Part shown: piece after piece, positions 1 through 13,342 of the stretch
How the letters are laid out: every line of letters begins with the position of its first letter
Position numbering within the stretch: the stretch's first letter is position 1
Translations under genes and position numbers: made by a program
DNA from: Octopus bimaculoides
Lineage: Eukaryota
Direction of reading: 5' to 3'
Length of the DNA stretch: 64,000 nucleotides
Assembly (NCBI RefSeq): GCF_001194135.2
Contig: NC_068983.1
Location: 49,885,940-49,949,939 of the forward strand
Notes under the pieces: generated by a model
What the model saw: only the letters and a program-made list of their open reading frames with translations
Database searches by the model: none
Told to the model about the DNA's origin: nothing

Positions 1-633
1 CCCACCGACACAAAAAACACACAAACACACATACACACACACTCACAAACGCACTCACGCACACACACAAACAAACACATATACACATAAACACACATCC
101 GCACACACAACACCCTAACAAATATTAATCACACACATACACACTCACACATACGTGCACACACATACACACATCATCCTACCATAGATAAAACACACAC
201 ATACTCATATACACATGCCACACACGCACGCACGTATACAGACATAGACATACCCATACATATGAACCATCACACACATACGTTTACTTACACACACACA
301 CACACACACACCACAAGGATATTTAAAACAACACACCCACTCAGACAGAGAGACACACACACACACTCCCACACTCACACAAGACACTCCCACGCACACA
401 CACATATGCACACATACATATACACACATACGCACACATACGTACACACCCTCACACATAGATACGGTTGCTCTCACGCACACACACACCACAAGGACGA
501 TCAAAACAACACATACATACTCAGACAAAGAGATATGCGCACACTCTCACGTACACACACCTAACATCCCCACCGACACAAATAACACTCAAACATATAT
601 ATATAGATAGATGTGTATGCATAATGTTTCCGC
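1..633. repeat. CA-rich low-complexity/compound microsatellite with loose internal duplications
   Basis: Degenerate (CA)n; CCCACCGACACAAA recurs at 1 and ~568; CACCACAAGGA..AAAACAACAC..CTCAGACA.AGAGA occurs twice (~308, ~486). Confidence 0.9.
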
Positions 634-1566
634 NNNNNNNNNNNNNNNNNNNNNNNNNNNNNNNNNNNNNNNNNNNNNNNNNNNNNNNNNNNNNNNNNNN
701 NNNNNNNNNNNNNNNNNNNNNNNNNNNNNNNNNNNNNNNNNNNNNNNNNNNNNNNNNNNNNNNNNNNNNNNNNNNNNNNNNNNNNNNNNNNNNNNNNNNN
801 NNNNNNNNNNNNNNNNNNNNNNNNNNNNNNNNNNNNNNNNNNNNNNNNNNNNNNNNNNNNNNNNNNNNNNNNNNNNNNNNNNNNNNNNNNNNNNNNNNNN
901 NNNNNNNNNNNNNNNNNNNNNNNNNNNNNNNNNNNNNNNNNNNNNNNNNNNNNNNNNNNNNNNNNNNNNNNNNNNNNNNNNNNNNNNNNNNNNNNNNNNN
1001 NNNNNNNNNNNNNNNNNNNNNNNNNNNNNNNNNNNNNNNNNNNNNNNNNNNNNNNNNNNNNNNNNNNNNNNNNNNNNNNNNNNNNNNNNNNNNNNNNNNN
1101 NNNNNNNNNNNNNNNNNNNNNNNNNNNNNNNNNNNNNNNNNNNNNNNNNNNNNNNNNNNNNNNNNNNNNNNNNNNNNNNNNNNNNNNNNNNNNNNNNNNN
1201 NNNNNNNNNNNNNNNNNNNNNNNNNNNNNNNNNNNNNNNNNNNNNNNNNNNNNNNNNNNNNNNNNNNNNNNNNNNNNNNNNNNNNNNNNNNNNNNNNNNN
1301 NNNNNNNNNNNNNNNNNNNNNNNNNNNNNNNNNNNNNNNNNNNNNNNNNNNNNNNNNNNNNNNNNNNNNNNNNNNNNNNNNNNNNNNNNNNNNNNNNNNN
1401 NNNNNNNNNNNNNNNNNNNNNNNNNNNNNNNNNNNNNNNNNNNNNNNNNNNNNNNNNNNNNNNNNNNNNNNNNNNNNNNNNNNNNNNNNNNNNNNNNNNN
1501 NNNNNNNNNNNNNNNNNNNNNNNNNNNNNNNNNNNNNNNNNNNNNNNNNNNNNNNNNNNNNNTATG

Positions 1567-1597
<31 letters not shown>

Positions 1598-1657
1598 GTA
1601 TATATTATGTTTGTCTTTGTGTTTATTTATGGATTGTACATATTTGTGTGTGTGTGC

Positions 1658-1703
<46 letters not shown>

Positions 1704-1723
1704 TTCTCCATCCATCTGTCTTT

Positions 1724-1774
<51 letters not shown>

Positions 1775-2859
1775 GAAATCTATTTCGCTTTCTGTGTCTC
1801 TATCTATATACTATTTGGCAGCCTTTCATCTATCAGATTTAGTCACAAGGCATTAATTTATCTGAGACTAAAATATAAAACACATGACCAAGATCTCCCA
1901 TGGTTGAATTGAATCTGAAACCCCAGGGTTGCCAAGCAAGCTTCTTTAAAGAGACCACATGCATGAGGCTATTTATGTAAACGTGCATGTATATACATGT
2001 TTTTATGTAATGTCTTTCCTCACATTAATATGGAACGATAGTGTCTCAATACACTCAACATACATATACATATGCTTACAGTTATGATTTCTCATGTGTC
2101 ATACATGAAACCACAAGACCCGATATAGCTTCTGCTTTAATGCTAGATTTGTTGATGGGTGATTCAAATCTCAATCTCTCTAGCTTTGGACAATATGTTC
2201 CCTATAAAAATAATATGGCCATAAATTAAATCTGGAAGCACTTATAGTCCAAAATCTAATATTACAACTTTATCCAGAGACCTTGTTCACCTACGACTCT
2301 AATGTTATATAATCCATTTATATTGCATGTTCATATAAGCTGCTATGTTCCTTACTGGAAGCTATATTCTTAATAACTAGGAGATTTTCTGAAATTATTT
2401 ACATTGAACACATAATTCATGCTTATAATAACTGTATATCCATTCGATGAAATCCGGGATTCATTTCCTAACACCATTATATTTTATAAATATGTCTTAT
2501 AGCCTTTCTGGTGGATTGGCAGAATTTCTGTATTCATGGAGCTGTTAGATCTCTGCAAAAATTGTCATGTGATATTTAATTATGAAGGTGGCAAGCTGGT
2601 AAATGTGGGGGAGATGGCAAAGACCTCAAGCTTGCAGATCCATTAGCATGTCTTGCAACATGCTTAGCAGCATTTCTTCTGGTTATTTACATCGAGAGTT
2701 CAAATCTCACTCAGGTCAATTTTGCTCTTCATCCTTTGGTGGGGGGTGGGGGGGGTCGATAAAATAAATAGTAGTTGAGCACTGAGGTTGATGTAATAAA
2801 CTTATCCTTTTTCTCCAAACTTGGATTTGTGCCAAAATTTGAAATCATCATCATCATCA

Positions 2860-2893
<34 letters not shown>

Positions 2894-2914
2894 GATTATT
2901 ATTATTATTATTAA

Positions 2915-3057
2915 TATTATCTGTGCCAGTGGCACGTAAATAACACCATTTGAGCGTGATCATTACCAGTGTCACCTTCCTGGTACTTCTGCCGGTGGCA
3001 TGTGGAAAGACATTCAAGTGAGATCGTTGCCAGTGCCGCTGAACTGGCTCCTGTGCA
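2915..3057 (+). mobile_element. SINE family C fragment (internal repeat array of the (GAT)n-tailed SINE)
   Basis: GTGGCACGTAAA..CACC / GCCGGTGGCATGTG units match the copies at 19490, 37230, 52800 and 61295. Confidence 0.7.
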
Positions 3058-3338
3058 GTCTTGGTAGATGGAAACTGAAAGAAGCCCATCGTATATATAT
3101 ATGTGTGTATGTGTGTGTGTGTGTGTGTGTGTGTTTGTGTGTCTGTTTATTCCACCTCCCCAACATCGCTTGAGAGCCGATGCTGGTGCATATACTTCCT
3201 CGTGACTTAGCGGTTCAGCAAAAGAGACTTATAGAATAAGTACTAGGCTTACAAAGAATAAGTCCTAGGGTTGATTTGCCCGACTAAAGGTGGTGCTCCA
3301 GCATGGCCACAGTCAAATGACTGAAACAAATAAAAGAA
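3058..3338 (+). mobile_element. SINE family B, 3' two-thirds (tRNA-derived, CORE-like)
   Basis: GGTAGATGGAAACTGAAAGAAGCCC - (TA/TG)n - CAACATCGCTTGA...GGTGCTCCAGCATGGCCACAGTCAAATGACTGAAACAAATAAAAGA, shared with many copies in the window. Confidence 0.85.
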
Positions 3339-5343
3339 TATAAGAAAAAAATATCTTTTAAAATAATTAGACTTTTGAGAACGTTCTTTTTACTATTTAA
3401 TAAAAGGTCTTATATGTCACTTTTTGATATTCTAGAAATAGCAGCAAAATCTTCCTCAATGGACATCCTACCAACTTGATAATGAAAAGACTCAGAATCA
3501 TTAGATTATATAGCTCAGAAATACTATGCCTACAAAACAAAAGACTGGATGGCCATGGTTGGAATACCTCTGACTTCAGGTTTTCTCACTCAGAGTTGAA
3601 CTGTAACAACAGCCAATTATTTTTCTCCACATTTTATCTTTGAGTATTTATCGAACTAGTTTGGTAAATTTTTTTTTTGAATTTGCCAATTGAATGTTCA
3701 CAGTTCTTAATAATACAATCACTAATCAAATCTCTCTATTTAAAAACTTTATTCAAATTAACCAAATGGTAGATCTTTGTAGCTAGTTTTCTTAGATTTA
3801 TTGTAAAGCATTCTCACCATTTCATAGAGATCACACCTCTTTACATGTACTTATTGATGTTTTTCTCAAATGTTTGATATTCATGAAAATGCTTTGAGGA
3901 TTTGCTTATAAATGGTTGATGTGAGACTGCTTAAAAAAGACAAATACTATAATAGAGATATATCAAAGAGAATTTTACAATGGTGGATCGCATTTTCAAA
4001 AGATCAGAAACTAACTCATGTCAAAGCTATATGTTTAAGAGTTTGTAAGTATAAACAACAGTGATTAGATATTCGTGTTCAAATCTAAGGGGTATTTGAC
4101 TGCTATTTCTTGCAGGCTGAGTAACCAAGTAAAATATTCTTTATTGAAAACACTGAACAATTGATATACATTGATGCCACTCTAACATTTTTCTCTTTTT
4201 CCATCACTCTCCTTCTCTCATGCCCTCTCTTTCTCTCCTTCCTTCTCTCCCCCTCCCCCCTCTCTCTCTGACATTCTATTTGATTCCTCCTGAGATGAGT
4301 TTAGTTGATAAGTGATGGTACTAGATATCTGCTTCTTGAAGAGAGGCAGTGAGAGGAAGAGTCTAGATTACAAATGTAGATAGTTCTACATTAGTATCAT
4401 TAGAATAACCCACAGTTGCTATTGTTCTCTCATTCTTGGTCAGCCTTAATCAAGCAAACATGTAGTCAAAGGTGTTCCATTTGTGATCATTCCATTATAT
4501 ATTTCAAACAGTTTATCAAAGACTACATTATCCAACATGTCTCTGATAAGACTGTAAAGTGTGATTTAAGGGTGATTTGGCTCTTAATTCTCTTACTGGA
4601 AGTGACCCCATAGTTTGTCCAACACATTTCATGCTAAATAATATGTAGCATATTAAAAAAGCACAATTATGATTTAAGTATTTTGTTTTTTAATCATACT
4701 TTTACTTTATTTTATCCCAACCTACCCAAGAATACTTCTGATCCTGTGATAAACAATTCTCATTTTAAAGTATTGATATTTATATTAAACCATTTCCATG
4801 TGAAATCGTTGTCCATGCATGATTGAAACACCAACATAATAAGGATTTCTAAGGCTGCACAGTTAGGAAAAGGGTTCCTGAACTCAAATTTGTGACTGGC
4901 ATTTTATCTTTAATCCTTCTGGATCAATCGAATAAAGTCAACCCTAGGCTTACATTCACCGAATTTCTTTAAAGTAAAGCTGTGTTCTGAATTCATGGAG
5001 CTGAAACTTGTTCAGTGTAAAAGGAACATTAAAATTGCTTTGATGTTACATACATCCGGTTTCTCATGAACACTCAAAACATCTCATAGCATAAGCATGA
5101 GGCCAAATGGGAAATTTATAGATAGATTTCACCCATCTCTATTATACTGTTGTTCATCACTTTAGATAGGCTAAAATTAAGACAATTTGGCACAACTATG
5201 TGGATGCCGATGAGTGAGCATGGTCAGCTGAATATTCAGCCTGTCTTGGTAACAGTATACAGTTTGGAACTGATGGCAAACACTCACAAACACAGAGATG
5301 CAGAAATATACACACACTGATAGAAAGAGTGATAGACAGACAT

Positions 5344-5441
5344 CAGTGGCTGTGTGGTAAGTAGCTTGCTTACGAACCACATGGTTCTGGGTTCAGTCCC
5401 ACTGCGTGGCACCTTGGGCAAGTATCTTCTACTATAGCCTC
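5344..5441 (+). mobile_element. SINE family B head
   Basis: GTGGCTGTGTGGTAAG (A-box-like), GGGTTCAGTCC (B-box-like), CACCTTGGGCAAGT (CORE-like). Confidence 0.85.
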
Positions 5442-5489
5442 TAAGCATTTCGCCCAGCGTGCTAACGTTTCTGCCAGCTCACCACCTTA

Positions 5490-5558
5490 GCCAGACATAG
5501 TCTTAATTGAAAAAGAAAACAAACTATGCTGGATCATAGATATAGCATGCCCAGCTGA
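5490..5558 (+). mobile_element. RLE (R4/Dong-like) LINE endonuclease fragment
   Basis: Translates PDIVLIEKENKLCWIIDIACPA (PD-(D/E)xK-type motif); nearly identical to 37975-38040. Confidence 0.75.
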
Positions 5559-5564
5559 ATGTTT

Positions 5565-5893
5565 TCTAACGTGCCACCAGCACAAGTACCAGTAAGGCAA
5601 TGCTGGTAATGATCACGCTCAAATGGTGCTAATTACAGGCCACTGGCCAGACAGTTGCTCTAGCAATGATCACCTTTGGATGGTGCTCTTAGTTCTCCAC
5701 TGGCACAGGTGCCAGTCATCGAATATGGTTCAATTACGATTTTGATTTCACTTGCCCCAACAGGTCTTCGCAAGCAGAGTTTAGTGTTCAATGAAGGAGA
5801 GGTTGGCATGGGTGCCAGTCATCGAATTTGGTTTGATTTCGATTTTACTTGCCTCAACAGGTCTTTGCAAGCAGAGTTTTGTGTCGAATGAAG
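5565..5893 (-). mobile_element. SINE family C-related fragment with local ~100-bp duplication
   Basis: GTGCCACCAGCAC/ACGCTCAAATGGTGC units; GGTGCCAGTCATCGAAT...CAACAGGTCTT.GCAAGCAGAGTTT..TGT..AATGAAG repeated at ~5708 and ~5812. Confidence 0.65.
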
Positions 5894-5969
5894 TAAAGAT
5901 ACGAATAAGTGAGCTGGCTACACTCCTGGCAGAGGCCACGGATTATAGTCTCAGTTGGCTTGTCGAATC

Positions 5970-6155
5970 TTTTCTATTATAGGCACAAGGCCTGAAATTT
6001 GGAGGAGGGGGTAGTGGATTACATCATCCCTAGTACCGAAAGGATGAAATTCAAAGTCGACGTTGGCGGAATTTGAACTAGAACGTAAAGACAGACGAAA
6101 TACCGCTAAGCATTTCACCAGGTGTGCTAACGTTTCTGCCAACTCACTGCCTTGC
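5970..6155 (-). mobile_element. SINE family A (tRNA-derived; central domain recalled as Meta-SINE-like)
   Basis: Reverse complement of TGGCAGAAACGTTAGCAC..GAAATGCTTAGCGGTATTTCGTC..GTTCAAATTCCGCC..GTCGACTTTG..TTTCATCCTTTCGG. Confidence 0.85.
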
Positions 6156-6719
6156 CGTTTTGAATTATTCTTGCATTATCTTGTAAGTTTGATATTTCAA
6201 TGATGTGATTGGCTATTTTTAGAATGACATTGCAGGGAAAGTGTAAGAAGCTGAATTCAACTTGTTTCAATATGAAATATGAAGCAATATTTGGGCTGGA
6301 TTTTGGCCAGGGAGCAATCTTGAGCTGGTTACTTTCAAAGGACTAAGGGTTTACATTTATTGAAAATGCCAAGCAATTGCTCAAAAACATGGAGTTCATA
6401 AATACTTACATCTCTATAGTTGTGTAGTATAGCAACTTTAAAATATGATACGGTATTTGTAAATCTAATTTGTCTTGCGAAAAGAAACTCACAGTTGTTG
6501 AAGCTACTAAAAAATATTATGTATTTTATGATGTGGTTAACAAAACATGATTTGTTGTTTTTTTTAAAGATTGTATTCTAATACATCAACATATTCAACA
6601 TTTTGGCATTACCGAAATCCGTAGGGTATCGGATTAGAGGATCTGTAATGTAGCGTATATAATTTATAGACATTTGCTATAAATCTCTAACTTTCACACT
6701 CTCCCATTATTCTTCTCTA

Positions 6720-6805
6720 TCTCTATGTATGTGCATGTATGTATATGCAAATACCTAATGCATACATACATATATACATACATGCATACACACACACAAA
6801 CATGC

Positions 6806-6837
<32 letters not shown>

Positions 6838-6939
6838 TAGGTATTTGTGTGTGTGTATACATGAATATGTATATGTATGGTTGCATGAATGTATTTGTGT
6901 ATTCTTGCAGTGTTTATGTACACACAAACACACACACAC

Positions 6940-6986
<47 letters not shown>

Positions 6987-8853
6987 CATACATACACACA
7001 CACGTACATACACATACATAGATATGTATATATATATTTATATATATATATATATATATACATACATACACACGTATATATATATGTCTGTGTATGTATG
7101 TTTGAATATGTGTATGTATGTATTGGGTGCATCTATGAATGTGTAAGTATGAATATGCATACATATGTATCTGTGTATGTATATGTATGCAGTAATATGT
7201 ACAAGCATGTATTTGCATGTGTGCATACATGTATATGTATCTGAACACCTCAAGAGTTGTCTGTTGCATATTTATTGTTATTAATTCTTATCAGAATTAG
7301 CCAAGATTTGTTTCTTTTCCTTCCAAAGTTTAGTTCTCGGAAAGTTGAGCTATAATAACCAACAACAATGATAATATAATAAAATAGATCCCCTCTCCCG
7401 CCACCAAAGAAAAAAAAAACTGCCATCGAAAATGAAAATATTTGCTTAGAGAATAATATTTATACGTGAAACCTGTTGAATGTAAATCATTTAAAAAAAT
7501 GACACTGAAATGTTGGCAAGCGGTGTTCAATTGATTGATAAAGGATTGATAAATTTTGAATAACAAGAGGGAACAACATGATTTTTCAACTCTATGCACA
7601 TGTGTGCTCACACGCTCTTTTAGCCAAGCATATGCATAAGACAGACAGACAGACACACACACACTCACACACATTAATTTATACACAAATAAACTCATAC
7701 ATATAAATGCATCACTTACACATAAATAGGCAGACATACATCTATGCATGTGTACACACATACATAAAGATATGTAGACAGACACACACACTCACATACA
7801 CACACACACACAATCATTTATACACAAATAAACTCACACATATAAATGCTTGATTTACATAGAAATATGCAGACATATAAGCATGCATGTGTACACACAT
7901 ACATAAAGATATGCAGACAGACACACACATACACATGCACACATGTATACACATGTGCATAACACATAATACATAGCACCTACATATATGCACACACATT
8001 AGTCAGGCAGACACAATGCACGTAGTGTACACACACACATAAACACATGCATGCATAAACACATGCACTTACATAAATTGACACACATACGCACACATGA
8101 GCAAATGCACACACACATGCACACACACATACACATAGACAAACACAGACAGTACACATGCACATAAACACAAACATGGAGATAAAAACAGAGATATACA
8201 TAAAAATGTGCACATAGGCATATACATATATGCACTCATAGACACACACATAATAAACATGTGCACACATACAGACACATACACATGCACACACACTCAA
8301 ACACATGGAAACATACACAGACACACACACACATAAATATGACATGCCCATGTTCACACACCACACACACAAACATGGAAAACCATACAGACATACAGAC
8401 ACACACACAGACATATACATGTGTTCCCACAAACATAAATACGACATGCACATGTGCACACACACACACACACATATGCACGTGCTCCCTCAGACATAAA
8501 TATGACATGGACAGCTGCACATAGACACACACACACACAAAGATATGGAAACACATGCACAGACATACACACACATATACACACGTGTTCCCACAAACAT
8601 AAATATAACATACACATGTGCACACACATACACTCACACACGCACACACACATATGGAAACACATAGACACAGACACATACACACACACATATACACACG
8701 TGCTCCCACAAACACACACACATAGACACACAAAGATATGGAAAAACATACACAGACATACACACACATATACACAGGTGCTCCGACATACATAAATATG
8801 ACATGCACGTGTGTACACACACACACACGCAAACATATTGAAACACATACACA

Positions 8854-8896
<43 letters not shown>

Positions 8897-8905
8897 CCTG
8901 ACATT
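6720..8905. repeat. Large compound TA/CA/TG microsatellite and CA-rich minisatellite field
   Basis: (TA)n, (CA)n and degenerate units such as ACATATGGAAACACAT and CATAAATATGACATG. Confidence 0.9.
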
Positions 8906-9741
8906 TAACTCATGACATCACCATTAGACCAGTGATGGCACTTCAATGCCAAAGACAAAACTACAGGAAAAAAAAGGTGTTTTGAATTCCTTCACTTTGC
9001 CTTTTTCTATCTAGATGATTGCATTTTCTATATAATTATTATTTTCTTTTTCCTATAGCATGAATAACAAATAGATTTTATTCTTCAAGCGTTAAGATAA
9101 AAATATCCTTCAAGCTTGGCTGAATACAGACTGTTTTTCAAATCCATTCTCACATACACACAGACAGACACTTTTTTTTGTCTGTTTATGCAATTTCCAT
9201 GTGACAACTCTCCTTACAATATACTGGTCTCATCGTAAAAATAACATACATAAATTTGCTTCCACTAATATTTAAATGTCCTTTATGGATACGTCTTTCA
9301 CCATGATAACCATATTTTCTTGACTTTGTTCTAAAATATTTTATTATATTTTTTATATATTATTTCTATTTTTGTAATGCCTTCTCCTTCTCCTTCTCCC
9401 CCTCTCTCACTATGTCTGTCTCTCTGTCTTGTTTATTTATAACTATCTGTTATTATCTCTTCGTTTGCGGAATAACATTTTCAGAAACCATTTCCAGGTA
9501 TTTACACACGTACTTAAAAGTTTTTAATAAATCACTTTACATATTTATTCCAGCACAATTAATATCTTATCCCCTAATACGATTTATTTGTTGTTTTGCA
9601 TGTTGTTGTTGTTGTTGTATTTTTTCTTTTTTCTTTTTGTTTGAATCTCTGTTAAAATGTGAAGAATGTTACTGTAAATAATATACCTTATTGGTTGCAC
9701 AATATAATCATTGTGACAGATTCTAGTACAAATTATTATTC

Positions 9742-9940
9742 TTTTATTTGTTTCAGTGTTTTGACTGTGGCCAGGCTGGAGCACTGCCTTTAGTCGAGCA
9801 AATCGACCCCAGGACATTTTCTCTGTAAGCCTAGTACTCATTCTATCGGCTTTTTTTGCTGAACTGCTAAATTACAGGGACGTAAATACACAAACATAGG
9901 TTGTCAAGCAATGGTGGGGTGACACACAGACACACAAACT
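9742..9940 (-). mobile_element. SINE family B 3' part
   Basis: TTCTTTTATTTGTTTCAGT..TTGACTGTGGCCA.GCTGGAGCAC...GTTGTCAAGCAATG. Confidence 0.8.
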
Positions 9941-9967
9941 ATGCATATGTATATATATATATATATA

Positions 9968-10101
9968 GCTTACTTACCAACCACTTGACATCACGTTCAA
10001 TCATACTGCGTGGCACCGTGGGCAAGTGTCTTCTACTATAGCCTCGGGCTGACCAAAGCCTTGTGAGTAGATTTGGTAGATGGAAACTGAAAGAAGCCTG
10101 T

Positions 10102-10190
<89 letters not shown>

Positions 10191-10235
10191 GTTTGTGTGT
10201 CTGTGTTTGTCCCCCAACATTGCTTGACAACCGAT
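9968..10235 (+). mobile_element. SINE family B (head to middle)
   Basis: GCTTACTTACCAACCAC..GTTCAATC..CACCGTGGGCAAGTGTCTTCTACTATAGCC..GGAAACTGAAAGAAGCC; inverted relative to 9742-9940. Confidence 0.8.
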
Positions 10236-10261
10236 GCATACATACATACATTGAACTAAAT

Positions 10262-10790
10262 AAAATGTAAGCACAACAGACCTGATATAATGATTTGGGA
10301 TAGAGAAGAGAAACTGTGCACAGTTGTGGAAATTAACTGCTCAGCAGATGTTAGCGTAAAGCTGAAGACCGGTGGAAAAGAGAACACCTATGCTGAACTA
10401 TTGAGAAATCTGCTGATACTCTATCCAGATTACAAGTTCAGGTTTATACCTGTAATTATTGGAGCCCTAGGATATGTATCACACTGCCTAAATACCAATC
10501 TAGGCTTCTCAAAACCAGAAAGGAGCAAGCTAATTCGAAGACCACAGATCCAATCTATTATTGGAACTGTAAAAATCTGTAAAGCTTTCCAGAAGTCTAT
10601 CATTCAAATATATATGAGCATGTCTAGATATGTAACTATATGTATGAGAATACATACATAAAACATACAAAACTGCACATGCATACATACAAACATACAA
10701 ACATACAAACAAACAAACAAACAAACAAAAATACCCTGTTGTTGATGTTGAAATTCTAATGAAGGAGGTTTCGATCTAAGGACAGAGAAA
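10262..10790 (+). mobile_element. RLE (R4/Dong/NeSL-type) LINE 3' end: endonuclease domain plus 3' UTR
   Basis: KCKHNRPDIMIWDREEKLCTVVEINCSAD...KENTYAELLRNL..LYPDYKFRFIPVIIGALG...QSIIGTVKICK: RPD and ExK-type motifs, V/IIGALG and GT.KI C-terminal motifs. Confidence 0.85.
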
Positions 10791-10853
10791 AAGAGAAAGG
10801 GCAGGAGAGGGCAAGAGAGAGACTGACAGATAGACAGACAAACAGACACAGCA

Positions 10854-10933
<80 letters not shown>

Positions 10934-11052
10934 GAAGAGAGGGAGAGGAAAGGAAGATTACAGCATAATGACAAAACAGAAAAATCATGAGTGTTCAATT
11001 GTTCAAAGAGTGTGCATGTATTCGTGTGAGTGTGTGTGTATATACACAATCA

Positions 11053-11090
<38 letters not shown>

Positions 11091-11582
11091 TATAAATATA
11101 TGTGTGTGTTTGTTTTTGTGTGTCTACAACAATGAATTCAGATAAATATGCTCAAAATTATGTAATAAACATTAAATAAAAATATTAATAAATATTAAAT
11201 ACAAACATTTCCTTTTGTTGTTTGGTAGATTTTCTAAAGTTGTCAAATTATAATAAAACTTATTTACTCTGCTCTTGTTTTCCACTGAACAAAACAAGAG
11301 TAAACAAGTTTTAATTGTATTTTTATCAACTTTAGAAAAACTTACTAAACTACAAAAGAAATTAAAAAAAAAAAATTTAATAGCTGTTATTTATTAAATA
11401 AATCTAAGCATATTTATCTGAAATTGTAGTAATTAAGACATTAAATAAATTTGGGATAGAATTTGAAAGTATTTGCGTTACATAAACTTGTGAAAATAAT
11501 ATATAAAGCATTCATCATTTTTCCTGTTGTGAGAATATTTAGAATTGGGGTAGAATGGAATGGAAATTGGTAATGTTTATGT

Positions 11583-11750
11583 GCAGGCATGGCTGTGTGA
11601 TTAAGAAGACTGCTTGGTAACCATGTTGGTTTTAGGTTCAATCCTGCTTCACAGCACCTTGGTCTCATTACTTTTGCTAAAGTGCTGGGCCAACTAATTC
11701 TTTGTGAGCGAATTTAATGAACTGAAACTGCGTGGAAGCCCATTGTGTGT
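11583..11750 (+). mobile_element. SINE family B head
   Basis: GCAGGCATGGCTGTGTGATTAAG..GGTTCAATCC..CACCTTGG..GAACTGAAACTG.GTGGAAGCCC. Confidence 0.75.
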
Positions 11751-11775
11751 ATGTACATATAAATAAATAAATAAA

Positions 11776-11817
<42 letters not shown>

Positions 11818-12599
11818 AGTAAAAATAAATACAAAAAAGGTGGGTTTTTCTGTATGATTGTGTATAGAGGNNNNNNNNNNNNNNNNNNNNNNNNNNNNNN
11901 NNNNNNNNNNNNNNNNNNNNNNNNNNNNNNNNNNNNNNNNNNNNNNNNNNNNNNNNNNNNNNNNNNNNNNNNNNNNNNNNNNNNNNNNNNNNNNNNNNNN
12001 NNNNNNNNNNNNNNNNNNNNNNNNNNNNNNNNNNNNNNNNNNNNNNNNNNNNNNNNNNNNNNNNNNNNNNNNNNNNNNNNNNNNNNNNNNNNNNNNNNNN
12101 NNNNNNNNNNNNNNNNNNNNNNNNNNNNNNNNNNNNNNNNNNNNNNNNNNNNNNNNNNNNNNNNNNNNNNNNNNNNNNNNNNNNNNNNNNNNNNNNNNNN
12201 NNNNNNNNNNNNNNNNNNNNNNNNNNNNNNNNNNNNNNNNNNNNNNNNNNNNNNNNNNNNNNNNNNNNNNNNNNNNNNNNNNNNNNNNNNNNNNNNNNNN
12301 NNNNNNNNNNNNNNNNNNNNNNNNNNNNNNNNNNNNNNNNNNNNNNNNNNNNNNNNNNNNNNNNNNNNNNNNNNNNNNNNNNNNNNNNNNNNNNNNNNNN
12401 NNNNNNNNNNNNNNNNNNNNNNNNNNNNNNNNNNNNNNNNNNNNNNNNNNNNNNNNNNNNNNNNNNNNNNNNNNNNNNNNNNNNNNNNNNNNNNNNNNNN
12501 NNNNNNNNNNNNNNNNNNNNNNNNNNNNNNNNNNNNNNNNNNNNNNNNNNNNNNNNNNNNNNNNNNNNNNNNNNNNNNNNNNNNNNNNNNNNNNNNNNC

Positions 12600-12990
12600 C
12601 AAACATGAACAAGAAAGAAAAAAACACAAAAATACAACAACGGGAGGACGTGGAATAAATACAGTCTTATTGGACGCTCAGGAAAGGAAAGAGAAGAAAG
12701 AGGATTTCACGTTTCGAGCGGAGCTCTTCAGCAGAAATATAGAAAAAAGTTCAAAGAAGGGAAGACGGAGACAGAAAAACGCCAATGATACACACGCGGT
12801 CATATATGTAGAAGGCTGAAAAGGAACACACGGGTTGATATGTATAAGGAAAAAAAGTCAAGGTAGAAAATACTAAAATAATTTTATCTTAAAGAACATT
12901 TCAGTACCGGTTTCAGTCACTGAGACTTTCCCAACTGTAAGTATGGAAAACAATTAAATTAAGGAAAAATTAAATGAAAAGTTTTTTAAA
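12600..12990 (-). mobile_element. Probable Penelope-like pLTR remnant carrying two degenerate hammerhead motifs
   Basis: Minus strand 12739-12704: ATTT CUGCUGAA GAGC UCC GCUC GAAACGU G AAAU. Minus strand 12937-12902: CAG UUG-GGAA AGUC UCAGU GACU GAAACCGGU A CUG. Confidence 0.55.
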
Positions 12991-13224
12991 TGAATATTTG
13001 CATAATATTCAAATACAAGGGGCATTTTCCTTGTTTCTGCCTGTCTCTCTTGTTTACTCTTGTGGGTTCAGACAAAATAAGATAACAAAGCCAAGGCTGA
13101 GTGGTTAAAGCAGTATTTCTCAACCTTTTTTCGCTTGCATAACCCTTAAAATAAATTACATGTTTCAAAGAACCCTTGCAAAAAACAACAAAAAAACTAT
13201 ATACTATAATTTTCTCATTTTTTT

Positions 13225-13305
13225 TTACATCATAGTTCACAGAACGTAAAAACGGATGAAATACCGCTACGCATTTCGCCTGGCATGCTAACATTTCTGC
13301 CAGCT
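13225..13305 (-). mobile_element. SINE family A head
   Basis: GAACGTAAAAACGGATGAAATACCGCTA.GCATTTCGCCTGGCATGCTAACATTTCTGCCAGCTC. Confidence 0.8.
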
Positions 13306-13342
13306 CTCCACATTGGCTTATATCATTATTATCTGATTCATG

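Noticed and set aside
2105-2201. LRR-like GTYCPKLERLRF candidate exon on the minus strand
   Set aside because: Single short segment with no consistent neighbouring exons; cannot be supported.
205-8904. Many ORFs of 60-460 aa (HT/YI/CV repeats)
   Set aside because: Translations of CA/TA/TG microsatellites, or frames running through N gaps; no coding signal.
11677-12819. 300-aa ORFs across the gap, and similar ones at 22635, 24159, 43027, 49825 and 51365
   Set aside because: Length comes from N runs.
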